Assembly (NCBI GenBank): GCA_900315425.1
Contig: OMZA01000009.1
Span: 964 to 64,963 of the forward strand
Length of the DNA: 64,000 nt
DNA from: an uncultured Eubacteriales bacterium
Lineage (GTDB): Bacteria; Bacillota; Clostridia; Lachnospirales; Lachnospiraceae
Direction: 5' to 3'
Of this stretch, positions 17,320 to 28,450 are shown in pieces (the first letter of the stretch is position 1; the number at the start of each line of letters is the position of its first letter). The notes beneath the pieces are model-generated. The model was given only the letters and a program-made list of their open reading frames with translations, searched no databases and was not told the origin of the DNA. Both the position numbers and the translations under genes were made by a program.

Positions 17320-19681
17320 GAAGTTAGCATTATCCATATCTGTAAGGGAATTAGTTGAATTTATTATGAGGTCCGGAGACATAGACAATAGGACTACATC
17401 TCAGGTAGGAATTGAGGCTATGTTAGAAGGAAGCCGGTTACATAAATGGATACAGGATTCCATGGATGACAATTATCATCCGGAAGTGTCCATGAAAACA
17501 ATCTGGGATGCCACAGACTATTCTATAACTGTTGAAGGTAGAGCAGATGGTGTGATTATAGATGATGGAAGATATATCATTGATGAGATAAAAACTATGT
17601 ATGCTTCCCTGGAGAAAATGTCAAAACCTTTAACTGTACATAAAGCACAGGCAATGTGTTATGGATATATGTGCGTAGTTAAATATGATTTGAAAAACAT
17701 TGGTATCCAGATGACATATTGTAATATTTCAGATAAAACGATAAAAAGATTTAATTATGAATATGAATCTGAAGAGATTATAAAATGGTTTGGTGAATTG
17801 ATGGAGAAATACATTCGATTCACCGACTTTGTTTTTAAGGAAAAAGACAGGGTAGTAAATTCCATACAACCTTTGGAGTTTCCGTTTGAATACAGACCTG
17901 GTCAAAAACAAGTAATGTCGTATGTGTATAGTGCTGTGGATTCCCAGGAAAATTTATTTATACAGGCACCCACAGGGGTTGGAAAAACTATATCAGTAAT
18001 ATATCCGGCTTTGAAAAATATCGGAAACAAAAAAGCTGATAAGATATTTTATTTGACAGCTAAGACTGTAACTAGAAGTGTTGCCATGGAAACTTACGAT
18101 ATCCTCAGGAAGGCAGGACTTCATTTTAAAACCATAGCCCTGACGGCGAAAGAAAAGATTTGCCCTATGGAAGAAATGGTGTGTAACCCTGTTAAATGCA
18201 TTAGAGCCAAGGGTCATTTTGACAGAATTAATGAAGCAATATATGACATCATAACTCATGAGCAGGGTATTAATAGAGAAATTATTGAGAAGTATGCCCT
18301 AAAGCATAACGTATGTCCTTTTGAAATGAGTTTGGATGTTAGTAATTTTATGGACGGAATTATATGTGACTATAATTATGTCTTCGATCCTAGCGTCAAG
18401 TTAAAAAGATATTTTACAGATGGGATTCAGGGAAATTATGTTTTTTTAGTTGACGAGGCACATAATCTGGTGGACAGAGCAAGAGAGATGTACAGTGCAT
18501 CCTTAACAAAAGAGGATTTTTTACAGGTTAGGAAAATAGTTGAGCCAATTGATAAACATGTGGCGAAATGTCTGCTTAGATGTAACAGAAAAATGTTGGA
18601 ATTAAAAAGGCAATGTGTGGGAACAGGAAAATATACCTACACCATTATAAGCGAAACGGATGAGCTTAATAGTAGTTTAAAACAGTTGGAATCTGCTATG
18701 GAAAACATGTTGGATAAACATAAAGAATTTCATGACAGGGAAACAACTATGGATTTATATTTTTCTATAAAGAAATATCTGGAAATACATTCCATGGCGG
18801 ATAGTTGTTATATTCACTATACGGATTTTAAAGACAATGGAGATTTTTTTGTAAAACTGTTTTGCGTTAATCCTTCAAATAACTTAAAAGATTGCATGAA
18901 TACCGGGCTATCTACTATTTTATTTTCGGCTACGTTGTTACCGGTGAATTTTTATAAGGAGATGTTAAGCGGAAATTCTAATGATAAGGCGATTTATATA
19001 AATTCACCTTTTGATGTGAGAAAGAGATATCTTGGAGTATCTAGGGATGTAAGCAGTAGATATGACAGAAGAAACCAAAGAGAATATGAAAAAATAATAA
19101 AGACTATAGAAAATGTGGTATCTCAATGTCAGGGGAATTATATGGTGTTTTTCCCATCTTATAAATATATGCAGGATATTAAGGAATTAATTGATGATAT
19201 GGGGAGGCTTAAAAATGCCAATATAATAATGCAACAAAGGGAAATGGATGAAATTGCCAAAGAAAATTTTCTTGATGAGTTTAAAGATTATGGAAGTGAA
19301 ATTAAAATAGGGTTTTGCGTGTTAGGTGGCGTTTTTTCTGAGGGTATTGATTTAAAAAATGAATGTCTTATTGGCAGCTTAATCATAGGAACAGGACTTC
19401 CTATGATTAATTCAGAGGGAGAAATTTTAAAGAATTATTTCGATGAGCATAACAAGAACGGATTTAACTATGCGTATAGATACCCCGGAATGAATAAAGT
19501 TGAACAGGCAGCAGGCAGGGTTATTAGAACCAGCGAGGATTACGGAGTAATTATTTTAATGGATGACAGATTTTTAAATTGGGATTATAAAGGTTTATTT
19601 CCAAGGGAGTGGAGTGATTATAAGGTTATTGATTGTGAAAGCGTTGGGGAAGATGTTAAACACTTCTGGCGTTACGTTTGA
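17309..19681 (+). CDS. DinG/Rad3-family Fe-S helicase with N-terminal PD-(D/E)XK-like domain
   Basis: EGRADG...IDEIKT, QAPTGVGKT, Cys cluster, VDEAHNL, FFPSY, EGID, QAAGRVIR. Confidence 0.88.
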   Translation: MKDEKLALSISVRELVEFIMRSGDIDNRTTSQVGIEAMLEGSRLHKWIQDSMDDNYHPEVSMKTIWDATDYSITVEGRADGVIIDDGRYIIDEIKTMYASLEKMSKPLTVHKAQAMCYGYMCVVKYDLKNIGIQMTYCNISDKTIKRFNYEYESEEIIKWFGELMEKYIRFTDFVFKEKDRVVNSIQPLEFPFEYRPGQKQVMSYVYSAVDSQENLFIQAPTGVGKTISVIYPALKNIGNKKADKIFYLTAKTVTRSVAMETYDILRKAGLHFKTIALTAKEKICPMEEMVCNPVKCIRAKGHFDRINEAIYDIITHEQGINREIIEKYALKHNVCPFEMSLDVSNFMDGIICDYNYVFDPSVKLKRYFTDGIQGNYVFLVDEAHNLVDRAREMYSASLTKEDFLQVRKIVEPIDKHVAKCLLRCNRKMLELKRQCVGTGKYTYTIISETDELNSSLKQLESAMENMLDKHKEFHDRETTMDLYFSIKKYLEIHSMADSCYIHYTDFKDNGDFFVKLFCVNPSNNLKDCMNTGLSTILFSATLLPVNFYKEMLSGNSNDKAIYINSPFDVRKRYLGVSRDVSSRYDRRNQREYEKIIKTIENVVSQCQGNYMVFFPSYKYMQDIKELIDDMGRLKNANIIMQQREMDEIAKENFLDEFKDYGSEIKIGFCVLGGVFSEGIDLKNECLIGSLIIGTGLPMINSEGEILKNYFDEHNKNGFNYAYRYPGMNKVEQAAGRVIRTSEDYGVIILMDDRFLNWDYKGLFPREWSDYKVIDCESVGEDVKHFWRYV

Positions 19682-19801
19682 CATTGTTAATAGGTTATTG
19701 TAAACTTGCATTGATAGTGGATTTGTATGCACTTTTGTCAGGAAATTATGGCAAAATGCCAAACATTTCCTGGATGAATTAAAATACATGGAGGCAGTCT
19801 A

Positions 19802-22800
19802 ATGAACAAAGTAAGAAGAGTTTATGTAGAAAAGAAAAGGGAATATGCGGTAAAAGCAGATGAACTCAGACATGAGATTAAGCATTATTTAGGTGTTCCG
19901 GGAGTTACAGGGGTAAGACAGCTTGTTAGATATGATGTGGAAAATATTTCTGATGACGTTTACAGAGAAGCGTTGGTAACAGTTTTTTCTGAGCCACCAG
20001 TTGACAATTATTATGAGGGACAATTCCCATTAGATAGCGATAATGAAGTTGCATTTTGTGTAGAATTTCTTCCAGGACAGTTTGATCAGAGAGCTGATTC
20101 AGCTGTTCAGTGTATAAGATTTTTAAAAGAAGATGAAGATCCTGTTGTTAAGACTGCTTTAGTTTATGTAATCCAGGGTAAGGTTTCAAATGAAGAATTA
20201 GAAAAGATTAAAGAATATAAGATTAATCCGGTGGATTCAAGAGAGACAAATTTTGTAGTACCGGAGACGTTGGTTACTAATTTTGACGAACCTGCAGATG
20301 TTATAGTTTTCGATGGATTTAAGGATATGGAAGATGATAAGCTTAATGAGCTTTACACATCTCTTAATCTTGCTATGACATTTAATGATTTTAAGCACAT
20401 CCAGAATTATTTTAAAAATGAAGAAAACAGAGATCCTTCAATGACTGAGATTAGAGTGTTAGATACTTATTGGTCTGATCATTGTAGACATACAACATTC
20501 AATACAGAGCTTACAGATGTAAAATTTGATGATGGTTATTATAAGAAACCAATTGAAGATACATTTAACCGTTATCAGGATGATAGAAAGGTTCTTTATC
20601 AGGGAAGAGATGATAAATTTATCTGTCTTATGGACCTTGCTGTATTAGCTGCCAAAAAGCTTAAAAAAGAAGGAAAACTTGAAGATCAGGAAGAGTCTGA
20701 TGAGATAAATGCATGTTCTATTGTAGTTCCAATTGAAATTGATAAAGAAGATGGAAATGGAGTTATTACTGAAGAGTGGCTTATTAACTTTAAAAATGAG
20801 ACACATAATCATCCTACAGAGATTGAACCATTTGGTGGCGCTGCTACTTGTCTTGGTGGAGCTATTAGAGATCCACTTTCAGGACGTACTTATGTATATC
20901 AGGCTATGCGTGTAACCGGAGCTGCAGATCCAACAATTCCTGTAAGTGAGACATTACATGGAAAGCTTCCACAGAAAACTATTGTTCGTCAGGCAGCCGA
21001 TGGTTATAGTTCATATGGTAATCAGATTGGACTTGCAACCGGTCTCGTTAAGGAAATATATCATCCGGATTATGTTGCAAAGAGAATGGAGATTGGTGCA
21101 GTTATTGCTGCAGCTCCAAGATATGCTGTTAAACGTGAGAATTCTGATCCGGGAGATATTATTATTCTTTTAGGTGGAAGAACAGGTCGTGATGGATGTG
21201 GTGGAGCTACAGGTTCTTCAAAGGCACACACTGATACATCTATTGAGACATGCGGAGCTGAGGTTCAGAAAGGTAATCCACCTACAGAAAGAAAACTTCA
21301 AAGGTTATTTAGAAGAGAAGAAGTAAGTAAACTTATTAAGAAATGTAACGACTTTGGTGCCGGCGGTGTATCCGTTGCTATTGGAGAGTTAGCAGATGGT
21401 CTTAATATTGACCTTGATAAAGTAACTAAGAAATATGCTGGTCTTGATGGAACTGAAATAGCTATATCAGAGTCTCAGGAGCGTATGGCTGTAGTTGTAG
21501 CTCCAGAAGATGTGGAGCAGTTTATGATTTATGCCAATGAGGAAAATCTTGAGGCAACAAAGGTAGCTGTTGTTACTGAAGATCCAAGACTTGTTCTCAA
21601 CTGGAGAGGAAAGAAAATCGTAGATATCAAGAGATCTTTCCTTGATACTAACGGTGCACATCAGGAAACAGCTGTAGAAGTTGAAATGCCGGATGAAAAA
21701 GAGAATTTCTTCAAGAAAACAGAAGAACCTAAGGATATCAAGAAGGCATGGTTAGATGTACTTGCAGATTTAAATGTATGCTCGCAGAAGGGACTTGTGG
21801 AGAGATTCGACAGCTCTATTGGAGCAGGTTCAGTATATATGCCATATGGCGGACGTTATCAGTTAACAGAGACTCAGTCAATGGTGGCAAAGGTTCCGGT
21901 ACTTAAAGGTAAAACAGATGCAGTAACATTGATGAGTTATGGATTTGATCCATATCTTTCAAAATGGAGCCCATACCATTCAGCTATTTACGCTGTTCTT
22001 GTATCTCTATCAAAGATTGTTGCAGCAGGTGGAGACTATAAGAAGGTAAGACTTACATTCCAGGAGTATTTTAGAAGAATGAGTGAAGATCCAAAGAGAT
22101 GGAGCCAGCCATTTGCAGCTTTACTTGGGGCTTACTCAGCACAGCTTGGATTTGGACTTCCATCAATTGGAGGTAAAGATAGTATGTCAGGTTCATTTAA
22201 TGAAATTGACGTACCTCCAACATTGGTTTCATTTGCAGTAGATGTTGCTAAAGAAAAAGATATCATTACACCTGAATTTAAGAATACAGGAAGTGCCATT
22301 TGCTTATTTGAAGTGGCAAGAGATGAGTACGATCTTCCTATATATGAGAAAGTTATGGAAATGTATGAGAAGATTCATGAACTTATTCAGGCAGGTATTA
22401 TTAAGTCCGCATATGTTGTAGAAGAAAAAGGCGTTGTAGCTGCTGTTAGTAAAATGGCATTTGGTAACAAACGTGGTGTTTCTATAAACGATGATGTGGA
22501 TAGTGATAGATTATTTGGAAAGGGCCTTGGAAATATAGTTGTCGAGGTTGATAAGAATAAAGTTGATGAGCTTAAGGATGTGGCTACTGTAATTGGTACA
22601 GTAACAGGAACTGCAACTTTCGAATACAAAGATGTAATTATTACTATGAAAGAAGCACTAGAGGCTTGGAAGGGTACCCTTGAAGGAGTATTCAAGAGTG
22701 TTGCCAAGGATGAAAGTGAAGAAAGCGAAGTTGATACAGGTACATATGTTGCAGGACATATTCACGTATGTAAAAACAAAGTTGCAAAACCTACAGTATT

Positions 22801-23584
22801 TATTCCTGTATTTCCAGGTACTAACTGTGAATATGACAGTGCCAAGGTATTTGAAAAGGCTGGAGCAAATGTAATTACAAAAGTATTTAGAAATCTTACA
22901 ACACAGGATATTGTTGAGTCGGTAGATGCTTTTGAAGAAGCAATTAATCAGTCACAGATTATTATGTTCCCAGGTGGATTCAGTGCAGGTGACGAACCAG
23001 ATGGCTCAGCTAAATTCTTTGCCACAGCATTTAGAAATGAAAAAATTAAAGAGGCTGTTAATAAGCTTCTTGAAGATAGAGATGGATTAGCTCTTGGTAT
23101 TTGTAATGGATTCCAGGCACTTATCAAATTAGGTCTTGTGCCAAATGGTAAAATTACAGGACAAAATGAGAATTCTCCAACTCTTACATATAACACAATC
23201 AACAGACACATTTCCAAAATGGCATATATCAAGGTTGTTTCTAATAAATCACCTTGGTTAAGACTTGCTCAGCTTGGACAGACATACACTAATCCGGCAT
23301 CTCATGGTGAAGGAAGATTTGTATGCGATAAACTTTGGCTTAAGAAGTTATTTGAAAACGGACAGGTTGCCACTCAGTATGTAAATGAACACGGTATCCC
23401 AACTATGGATGGGGAATGGAATATTAATGGTTCATATGCAGCTATTGAAGGTATCACAAGTCCGGATGGAAGATGCTTAGGTAAGATGTGCCATAGTGAA
23501 AGACAGGGAGACGGAGTTGCTATAAATATTTATGGCGAACAGGATATGAAGATATTCCAGTCTGGTGTTGAATACTTTAAGTAA
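19802..23584 (+). CDS. purL: Phosphoribosylformylglycinamidine synthase (large fused type)
   Basis: WSDHCRH, ETHNHPTEIEP, DFGAGG, SESQERM, FPGTNCE, GICNGFQ, SHGEG, MCHSER. Confidence 0.95.
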   Translation: MNKVRRVYVEKKREYAVKADELRHEIKHYLGVPGVTGVRQLVRYDVENISDDVYREALVTVFSEPPVDNYYEGQFPLDSDNEVAFCVEFLPGQFDQRADSAVQCIRFLKEDEDPVVKTALVYVIQGKVSNEELEKIKEYKINPVDSRETNFVVPETLVTNFDEPADVIVFDGFKDMEDDKLNELYTSLNLAMTFNDFKHIQNYFKNEENRDPSMTEIRVLDTYWSDHCRHTTFNTELTDVKFDDGYYKKPIEDTFNRYQDDRKVLYQGRDDKFICLMDLAVLAAKKLKKEGKLEDQEESDEINACSIVVPIEIDKEDGNGVITEEWLINFKNETHNHPTEIEPFGGAATCLGGAIRDPLSGRTYVYQAMRVTGAADPTIPVSETLHGKLPQKTIVRQAADGYSSYGNQIGLATGLVKEIYHPDYVAKRMEIGAVIAAAPRYAVKRENSDPGDIIILLGGRTGRDGCGGATGSSKAHTDTSIETCGAEVQKGNPPTERKLQRLFRREEVSKLIKKCNDFGAGGVSVAIGELADGLNIDLDKVTKKYAGLDGTEIAISESQERMAVVVAPEDVEQFMIYANEENLEATKVAVVTEDPRLVLNWRGKKIVDIKRSFLDTNGAHQETAVEVEMPDEKENFFKKTEEPKDIKKAWLDVLADLNVCSQKGLVERFDSSIGAGSVYMPYGGRYQLTETQSMVAKVPVLKGKTDAVTLMSYGFDPYLSKWSPYHSAIYAVLVSLSKIVAAGGDYKKVRLTFQEYFRRMSEDPKRWSQPFAALLGAYSAQLGFGLPSIGGKDSMSGSFNEIDVPPTLVSFAVDVAKEKDIITPEFKNTGSAICLFEVARDEYDLPIYEKVMEMYEKIHELIQAGIIKSAYVVEEKGVVAAVSKMAFGNKRGVSINDDVDSDRLFGKGLGNIVVEVDKNKVDELKDVATVIGTVTGTATFEYKDVIITMKEALEAWKGTLEGVFKSVAKDESEESEVDTGTYVAGHIHVCKNKVAKPTVFIPVFPGTNCEYDSAKVFEKAGANVITKVFRNLTTQDIVESVDAFEEAINQSQIIMFPGGFSAGDEPDGSAKFFATAFRNEKIKEAVNKLLEDRDGLALGICNGFQALIKLGLVPNGKITGQNENSPTLTYNTINRHISKMAYIKVVSNKSPWLRLAQLGQTYTNPASHGEGRFVCDKLWLKKLFENGQVATQYVNEHGIPTMDGEWNINGSYAAIEGITSPDGRCLGKMCHSERQGDGVAINIYGEQDMKIFQSGVEYFK

Positions 23585-23625
23585 TATTTGTTCTAAAAAG
23601 TGATTACACATTAAGGATGATATAA

Positions 23626-24534
23626 ATGAGTATCAATGATTTTGGTCAAAAAGAAGGACCTATTAAGAGATTTGCCTTATGGATAAAAGATAAGGTTAAG
23701 GAAGATATTGAAGAATTAAGAAGTCATAGCAAACAATACATTGTAAAAGAGTTAATTAGACGTTTGGTAATGGTAGGTGCGTTGCTGGTATTTACATATT
23801 CTTCCTACGAAGTATCTGGTATGATTTTGGATTATAAAGAAGATAAAAAGGAATACCAGAATATGGAAGAGATGTTTGAAATTCCTAATATAGATGGAAG
23901 TAGTGATAGCGGCGATGGTACTGTAAAGGGTTCTACTATCTCCAATTCCAATCAGGAAAATGTATGGAAATATGACTACAACGCTTTAGTTAATATGAAT
24001 CCAGATGCAGTAGGCTGGATAAAACAGGAAAATATTATCAGTTATCCAATAGTTATGGGGACTGATAATACATATTACCTAAAACATAATGCAGCTCATA
24101 GGGAAAATGGAGCAGGGTCGATATTCGTAGACTATAGAATAGATGGCGGATTAGATGGTTGGAATTGTATTATTTATGGCCATGATATGAAGGATTATTC
24201 TATGTTTGGTAGTCTGACAAAGTATATGGAGAAATCCTATGCAGACGCTCACCCTACATTTGATATATACATTGGAGATGTAGGCTATAGATATTATGTG
24301 TTTGCTGCATATGAGACAGATGCAGTAGGAGATACTTACTCGTATAATTTTGTAGATGAAGGTGAATTCATTAACTATGTTAATCTGGTTTGCATGCCTC
24401 AGAGAAGATATGAAACAGAGATTAAAGAAATAGTTGGTACAGATAAAATTGTAACTTTATCTACATGTACAAGAAATGGACGTAACGAAAGAAGATTCGT
24501 AGTCCAGGCAGTAAGAAGGGAACAGATAACCTGA
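23626..24534 (+). CDS. srtB: Class B sortase
   Basis: N-terminal TM, NPDAVGWI, YPIVMG.DN.YYL, IYGHDM, TLSTC, RFVV. Confidence 0.85.
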   Translation: MSINDFGQKEGPIKRFALWIKDKVKEDIEELRSHSKQYIVKELIRRLVMVGALLVFTYSSYEVSGMILDYKEDKKEYQNMEEMFEIPNIDGSSDSGDGTVKGSTISNSNQENVWKYDYNALVNMNPDAVGWIKQENIISYPIVMGTDNTYYLKHNAAHRENGAGSIFVDYRIDGGLDGWNCIIYGHDMKDYSMFGSLTKYMEKSYADAHPTFDIYIGDVGYRYYVFAAYETDAVGDTYSYNFVDEGEFINYVNLVCMPQRRYETEIKEIVGTDKIVTLSTCTRNGRNERRFVVQAVRREQIT

Positions 24535-24686
24535 TTCCCTGTATAATATAAGGATTAATAGATATTTAAATACTTACGCCTATAAGGTTATCGAAAAACA
24601 TTATCAAAAAAGTGCTTGCATTTTGAATACAAATGAGTTATTTTATACCCATAAAGTTTGAGAACTTTTAAAAGATTGTTTTTAAG

Positions 24687-24725
24687 AGGACAACGGCGTT
24701 CCTATAAGGGGACGCCCTTTTTATT
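24687..24725 (+). promoter_or_regulatory. ANTAR-like hairpin overlapping a leader terminator upstream of glnA
   Basis: GGAC-AACGGC-GTTC overlaps GGCGTTCC...GGACGCC followed by a T-tract. Confidence 0.55.
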
Positions 24726-24783
24726 GCAATATGCAAAGGAACCAAAGCTCTTATAAAAAAATTAATTATTAGGAGGACAAGCC

Positions 24784-26901
24784 ATGAGCGAAGTAACAGA
24801 TGTTAAAGAAATTTTCGGTGAAGACGTATTTAATGATACTGTGATGAAGGAACGACTTCCAAAGAAAATATATCAAGAACTTAGAAAAGTAATTGATGAA
24901 GGAGCAGAACTTTCACTTCAAGTTGCAGATGTAGTTGCAAATGAGATGAAAGATTGGGCTGTCGAAAAAGGAGCGACACATTATACACATTGGTTCCAGC
25001 CATTAACAGGTACAACAGCAGAGAAACATGATAGTTTTATTTCTGCACCAAAGGAAAACGGAAAGGTTTTACTTGAATTTTCAGGAAAAGAACTTATTAA
25101 AGGTGAGCCTGATGCATCTTCATTTCCTTCTGGTGGATTAAGAGCTACTTTTGAAGCAAGAGGATATACAGCATGGGATATTACATCTCCTGCATTTGTA
25201 AAGAGAACAGCAGTAGGTGCTACACTTTGTATTCCAACAGCTTTCTGTTCATATACAGGCGAGGCGCTTGATAAAAAGACTCCTTTGCTTAGATCTATGG
25301 AAGCTATTAATACACAGGCACTTAGATTATTAAAACTTTTTGGAAATACAACTTCAAAAAGGGTTACACCTTCAGTAGGATCAGAACAGGAGTACTTCTT
25401 AGTAGATAGAGATTTATTCTTAAAGAGAAAAGATTTAGTATTTACAGGACGTACATTGTTTGGTGCTATGCCTCCAAAGGGACAGGAATTAGATGACCAT
25501 TACTTTGGCACAATAAAAGAGCGTATTGGCGCATTTATGAAGGATTTAAATGAAGAGTTGTGGAAATTAGGTATTCCAGCTAAGACTCAGCATAACGAGG
25601 TTGCACCAGCTCAGCACGAGTTAGCACCTATTTATGCAGAAGCAAATATTGCAACAGACCAGAACCAGCTCACAATGGAAATTATGAAGAGAGTAGCATA
25701 TAAGCATGGTCTTATGTGTCTTATTCATGAGAAACCATTTGCAGGAGTAAATGGTTCAGGAAAACATAATAACTGGTCAATTACCACAGATGATGGAATC
25801 AATCTTCTTGATCCGGGTAAGACACCTCATGAGAATAAACAGTTCTTATTAGTCCTTACAGCAGTTATGTCAGCAGTTGATAAACATGCAGCTCTTTTAA
25901 GAGAATCAGCAGCAAGTCCGGGAAATGATCATAGACTTGGTGCTAACGAAGCACCTCCGGCAATTATCTCTATTTTCCTTGGAGATCAGTTAGAGGATGT
26001 TGTAGAACAGCTTGTTAACAAAGGCGATGCTACAAGCAGTATTAAAGCTGGTAAAATGGGAATGGGTGTCAGCACAATTCCTCAGTTTAGAAAAGATGCT
26101 ACAGATAGAAACAGAACATCACCATTTGCATTTACCGGTAATAAATTTGAGTTCAGATCAGTTGGTTCATCAGCTTCCGTTGCAAGTCCAAACGTTGTAT
26201 TAAATACAATAGTAGCAGAGGCATTCAGTGATATATGCGATGAGCTTGAAAAAGCAGATGATTTTGATCTTGCAGTACATGATCTTATTAAGAAACTTGC
26301 TACTGAACACGAAAGAATTATATTCAACGGTGATGGATATGCTGATGATTGGGTTGTAGAAGCTGAGAGAAGAGGTCTTCCAAATATGAAGACAACTGTA
26401 GATGCAATCCCAGCACTTACAACAGATCAGACGATTAAATTATTCGAGAAGTTTGGAGTGTTCTCTAAGGCAGAGCTTGAATCAAGAACAGAAGTTGCTT
26501 ATGAAGCATATGCTAAAGAAATTAACATTGAAGCAAGAGCAATGATTGACATTGCAGGAAAACAGATTGTGCCTTCAGTTGTTAAGGCTGTTAATAAACT
26601 TGCAGATTCCCTTAATTCAGTTAAGGCAGCAGTTCCAACAGCAAATGTATCAACACAGGCTTCCCTTCTTGAAGAGACATCTTCATTACTTGCAGATACA
26701 GAAAATGCATTGGTTGCTTTAAAGAAAGTATTAGCAGATGTACCTACAGCAGTATCAGCACAGGAACTTGCTACATATTTTAAAGATGATGTAATTAAAG
26801 CAATGGATGAATTAAGAGCACCAGTAGATAAACTTGAAATGATAGTCGATAAAGAATTATGGCCAATGCCTTCATATGGCGATCTTCTTTTCGAGGTATA
26901 A
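24784..26901 (+). CDS. glnA: Glutamine synthetase type III
   Basis: [60 protein letters not shown]. Confidence 0.96.
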   Translation: MSEVTDVKEIFGEDVFNDTVMKERLPKKIYQELRKVIDEGAELSLQVADVVANEMKDWAVEKGATHYTHWFQPLTGTTAEKHDSFISAPKENGKVLLEFSGKELIKGEPDASSFPSGGLRATFEARGYTAWDITSPAFVKRTAVGATLCIPTAFCSYTGEALDKKTPLLRSMEAINTQALRLLKLFGNTTSKRVTPSVGSEQEYFLVDRDLFLKRKDLVFTGRTLFGAMPPKGQELDDHYFGTIKERIGAFMKDLNEELWKLGIPAKTQHNEVAPAQHELAPIYAEANIATDQNQLTMEIMKRVAYKHGLMCLIHEKPFAGVNGSGKHNNWSITTDDGINLLDPGKTPHENKQFLLVLTAVMSAVDKHAALLRESAASPGNDHRLGANEAPPAIISIFLGDQLEDVVEQLVNKGDATSSIKAGKMGMGVSTIPQFRKDATDRNRTSPFAFTGNKFEFRSVGSSASVASPNVVLNTIVAEAFSDICDELEKADDFDLAVHDLIKKLATEHERIIFNGDGYADDWVVEAERRGLPNMKTTVDAIPALTTDQTIKLFEKFGVFSKAELESRTEVAYEAYAKEINIEARAMIDIAGKQIVPSVVKAVNKLADSLNSVKAAVPTANVSTQASLLEETSSLLADTENALVALKKVLADVPTAVSAQELATYFKDDVIKAMDELRAPVDKLEMIVDKELWPMPSYGDLLFEV

Positions 26902-26933
26902 TAAATAAAAATCCGCTATATTAATCCAAAACG

Positions 26934-26971
26934 AACAGACTATGCAACTAAAATTACATAGTCTGTTTTTA
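26934..26971 (+). terminator. Intrinsic terminator after glnA
   Basis: AACAGACTATG...CATAGTCTGTT plus T-tract. Confidence 0.8.
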
Positions 26972-27186
26972 TTAATAGTCAAATAATTAAAAACAATAAA
27001 AAAAGAAGCGCCATCTCGCTTCTTTTTTTATTATCTTATTTTCTATGAAACAAAAAGGGGAGTAATATGAAAAAAATGTAAATCAATTTCTATAGTTACA
27101 TAATAAACGGGAAAGTTGAATAAATCATTAGCATGATATTAACTTAAAAAAAACAAATTGTTAATAAATTGTAAACGAAAGAGGAA

Positions 27187-27215
27187 TTGACGTAAATTTA
27201 AAAAGAAGTTATCAT
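27187..27215 (+). promoter_or_regulatory. Sigma-A promoter of the cyclophilin-HAD-GNAT operon
   Basis: TTGACG-17-TATCAT. Confidence 0.6.
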
Positions 27216-27248
27216 TTTAAAGAATATTGGAAATTTGGAGGTATCAAA

Positions 27249-27773
27249 ATGAGTAAACAAAACCCAATAGTAACATTTGAAATGGCAGATGGAAAGGTTA
27301 TTAAAGCAGAACTTTATCCAGAGATTGCTCCAAACACAGTTAAAAACTTTGTGAGCCTTGTTAGTAAAGGATTCTATGATGGTCTTACATTTCATAGAAT
27401 TATCAAAGGATTTATGATTCAAGGTGGAGATCCAGAGGGAAATGGAACTGGCGGTCCAGGATATGGAATAAAAGGTGAGTTTAGTAGTAATGGTTTTAAA
27501 AATGACTTCAGACATGAACCAGGTGTATTATCAATGGCTCGTGCTATGAATCCAAATTCAGCAGGTTCCCAGTTTTTTATTATGCATGAGACTTCGCCAC
27601 ATTTGGATGGAGATTATGCAGCTTTTGGAAAAGTTATCGAAGGTCTTGAAAATGTCAATGCAATAGCTGAAGTTAGAACTGATTTGAGTGACAGACCTTT
27701 AGAAGATGTAGTTATGAAGAGAGTTACAGTTGAGACTTTTGGAGAAGAATACGGAGAGCCGGAAAAATGCTAA
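27249..27773 (+). CDS. ppiB: Cyclophilin-type peptidyl-prolyl isomerase
   Basis: FYDGLTFHRII.GFMIQGGDP, LSMARA, SAGSQFFI, HLDG.YAAFG. Confidence 0.93.
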   Translation: MSKQNPIVTFEMADGKVIKAELYPEIAPNTVKNFVSLVSKGFYDGLTFHRIIKGFMIQGGDPEGNGTGGPGYGIKGEFSSNGFKNDFRHEPGVLSMARAMNPNSAGSQFFIMHETSPHLDGDYAAFGKVIEGLENVNAIAEVRTDLSDRPLEDVVMKRVTVETFGEEYGEPEKC

Positions 27774-28441
27774 AAGCAGTAATATTTGATATGGATGGAG
27801 TCTTAATAGATAGTGAGCCGGTACATTTAAAGGCGCATGAATTAATTATGAAGGAATTAGGGCTTAATTATAATCCAAAATATTATGAGCAATTTATTGG
27901 AAGTACCACAGAAAATATGTGGAACACTATGATTAGGGATTTTAATCTTAACAAGACTCATGCCCAGTTAGATGAAATGTCTGATAAGATTATAAAAAAG
28001 TTAAATGCAGAAAATGGTTATCCTAAGATTAAAGGTGCTGCAGATGTTGTAAAAAAAGTACATGCAGCAGGTTATAAAGTAGCTCTGGCGTCATCATCCG
28101 GACTTGAACGTATTAAAAAGTGTACAGATGAAATGGGCATTTATCAGGAGTTTGATGGAATTGTAAGTGGGATGTTAGTGGATAATCCAAAGCCGGCACC
28201 GGATACATTTTTAAAGGCCGCAGAGATGATAAACGTAAAACCTGAGGAATGTATCGTTGTTGAAGATTCAGACAAAGGGTTAGTTGCAGCGAAAAATGCA
28301 AAAATGGCTTACGTAAGGTTTGATGGCGGTGCTTTAAAATTAAAGCATGAAGAGGATGTAGAATACATTTTAGAAAGCTTTGAAGGAATCTCTGCAAAAT
28401 ACTTTGAAGAGATATACGCAAGGATTATGAAAGAACCATGA
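27767..28441 (+). CDS. HAD-family phosphatase (beta-PGM-like); probably the N-terminal half of a HAD-GNAT fusion
   Basis: FDMDGVLIDSE, LASSS, KPAPD, VVEDS; ends in TGA in frame with the next ORF. Confidence 0.85.
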   Translation: MLKAVIFDMDGVLIDSEPVHLKAHELIMKELGLNYNPKYYEQFIGSTTENMWNTMIRDFNLNKTHAQLDEMSDKIIKKLNAENGYPKIKGAADVVKKVHAAGYKVALASSSGLERIKKCTDEMGIYQEFDGIVSGMLVDNPKPAPDTFLKAAEMINVKPEECIVVEDSDKGLVAAKNAKMAYVRFDGGALKLKHEEDVEYILESFEGISAKYFEEIYARIMKEP

Positions 28442-28450
28442 ACAGTCGGG

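Noticed and set aside
17309-17800. Cas4-like nuclease domain suggesting a defence system
   Set aside because: PD-(D/E)XK plus DinG helicase is a common Firmicute housekeeping architecture; no cas or defence neighbours
27056-27088. SD plus ATG micro-ORF (MKKM-stop) upstream of ppiB
   Set aside because: Lies upstream of the ppiB promoter, is too short, and is expected by chance in AT-rich DNA
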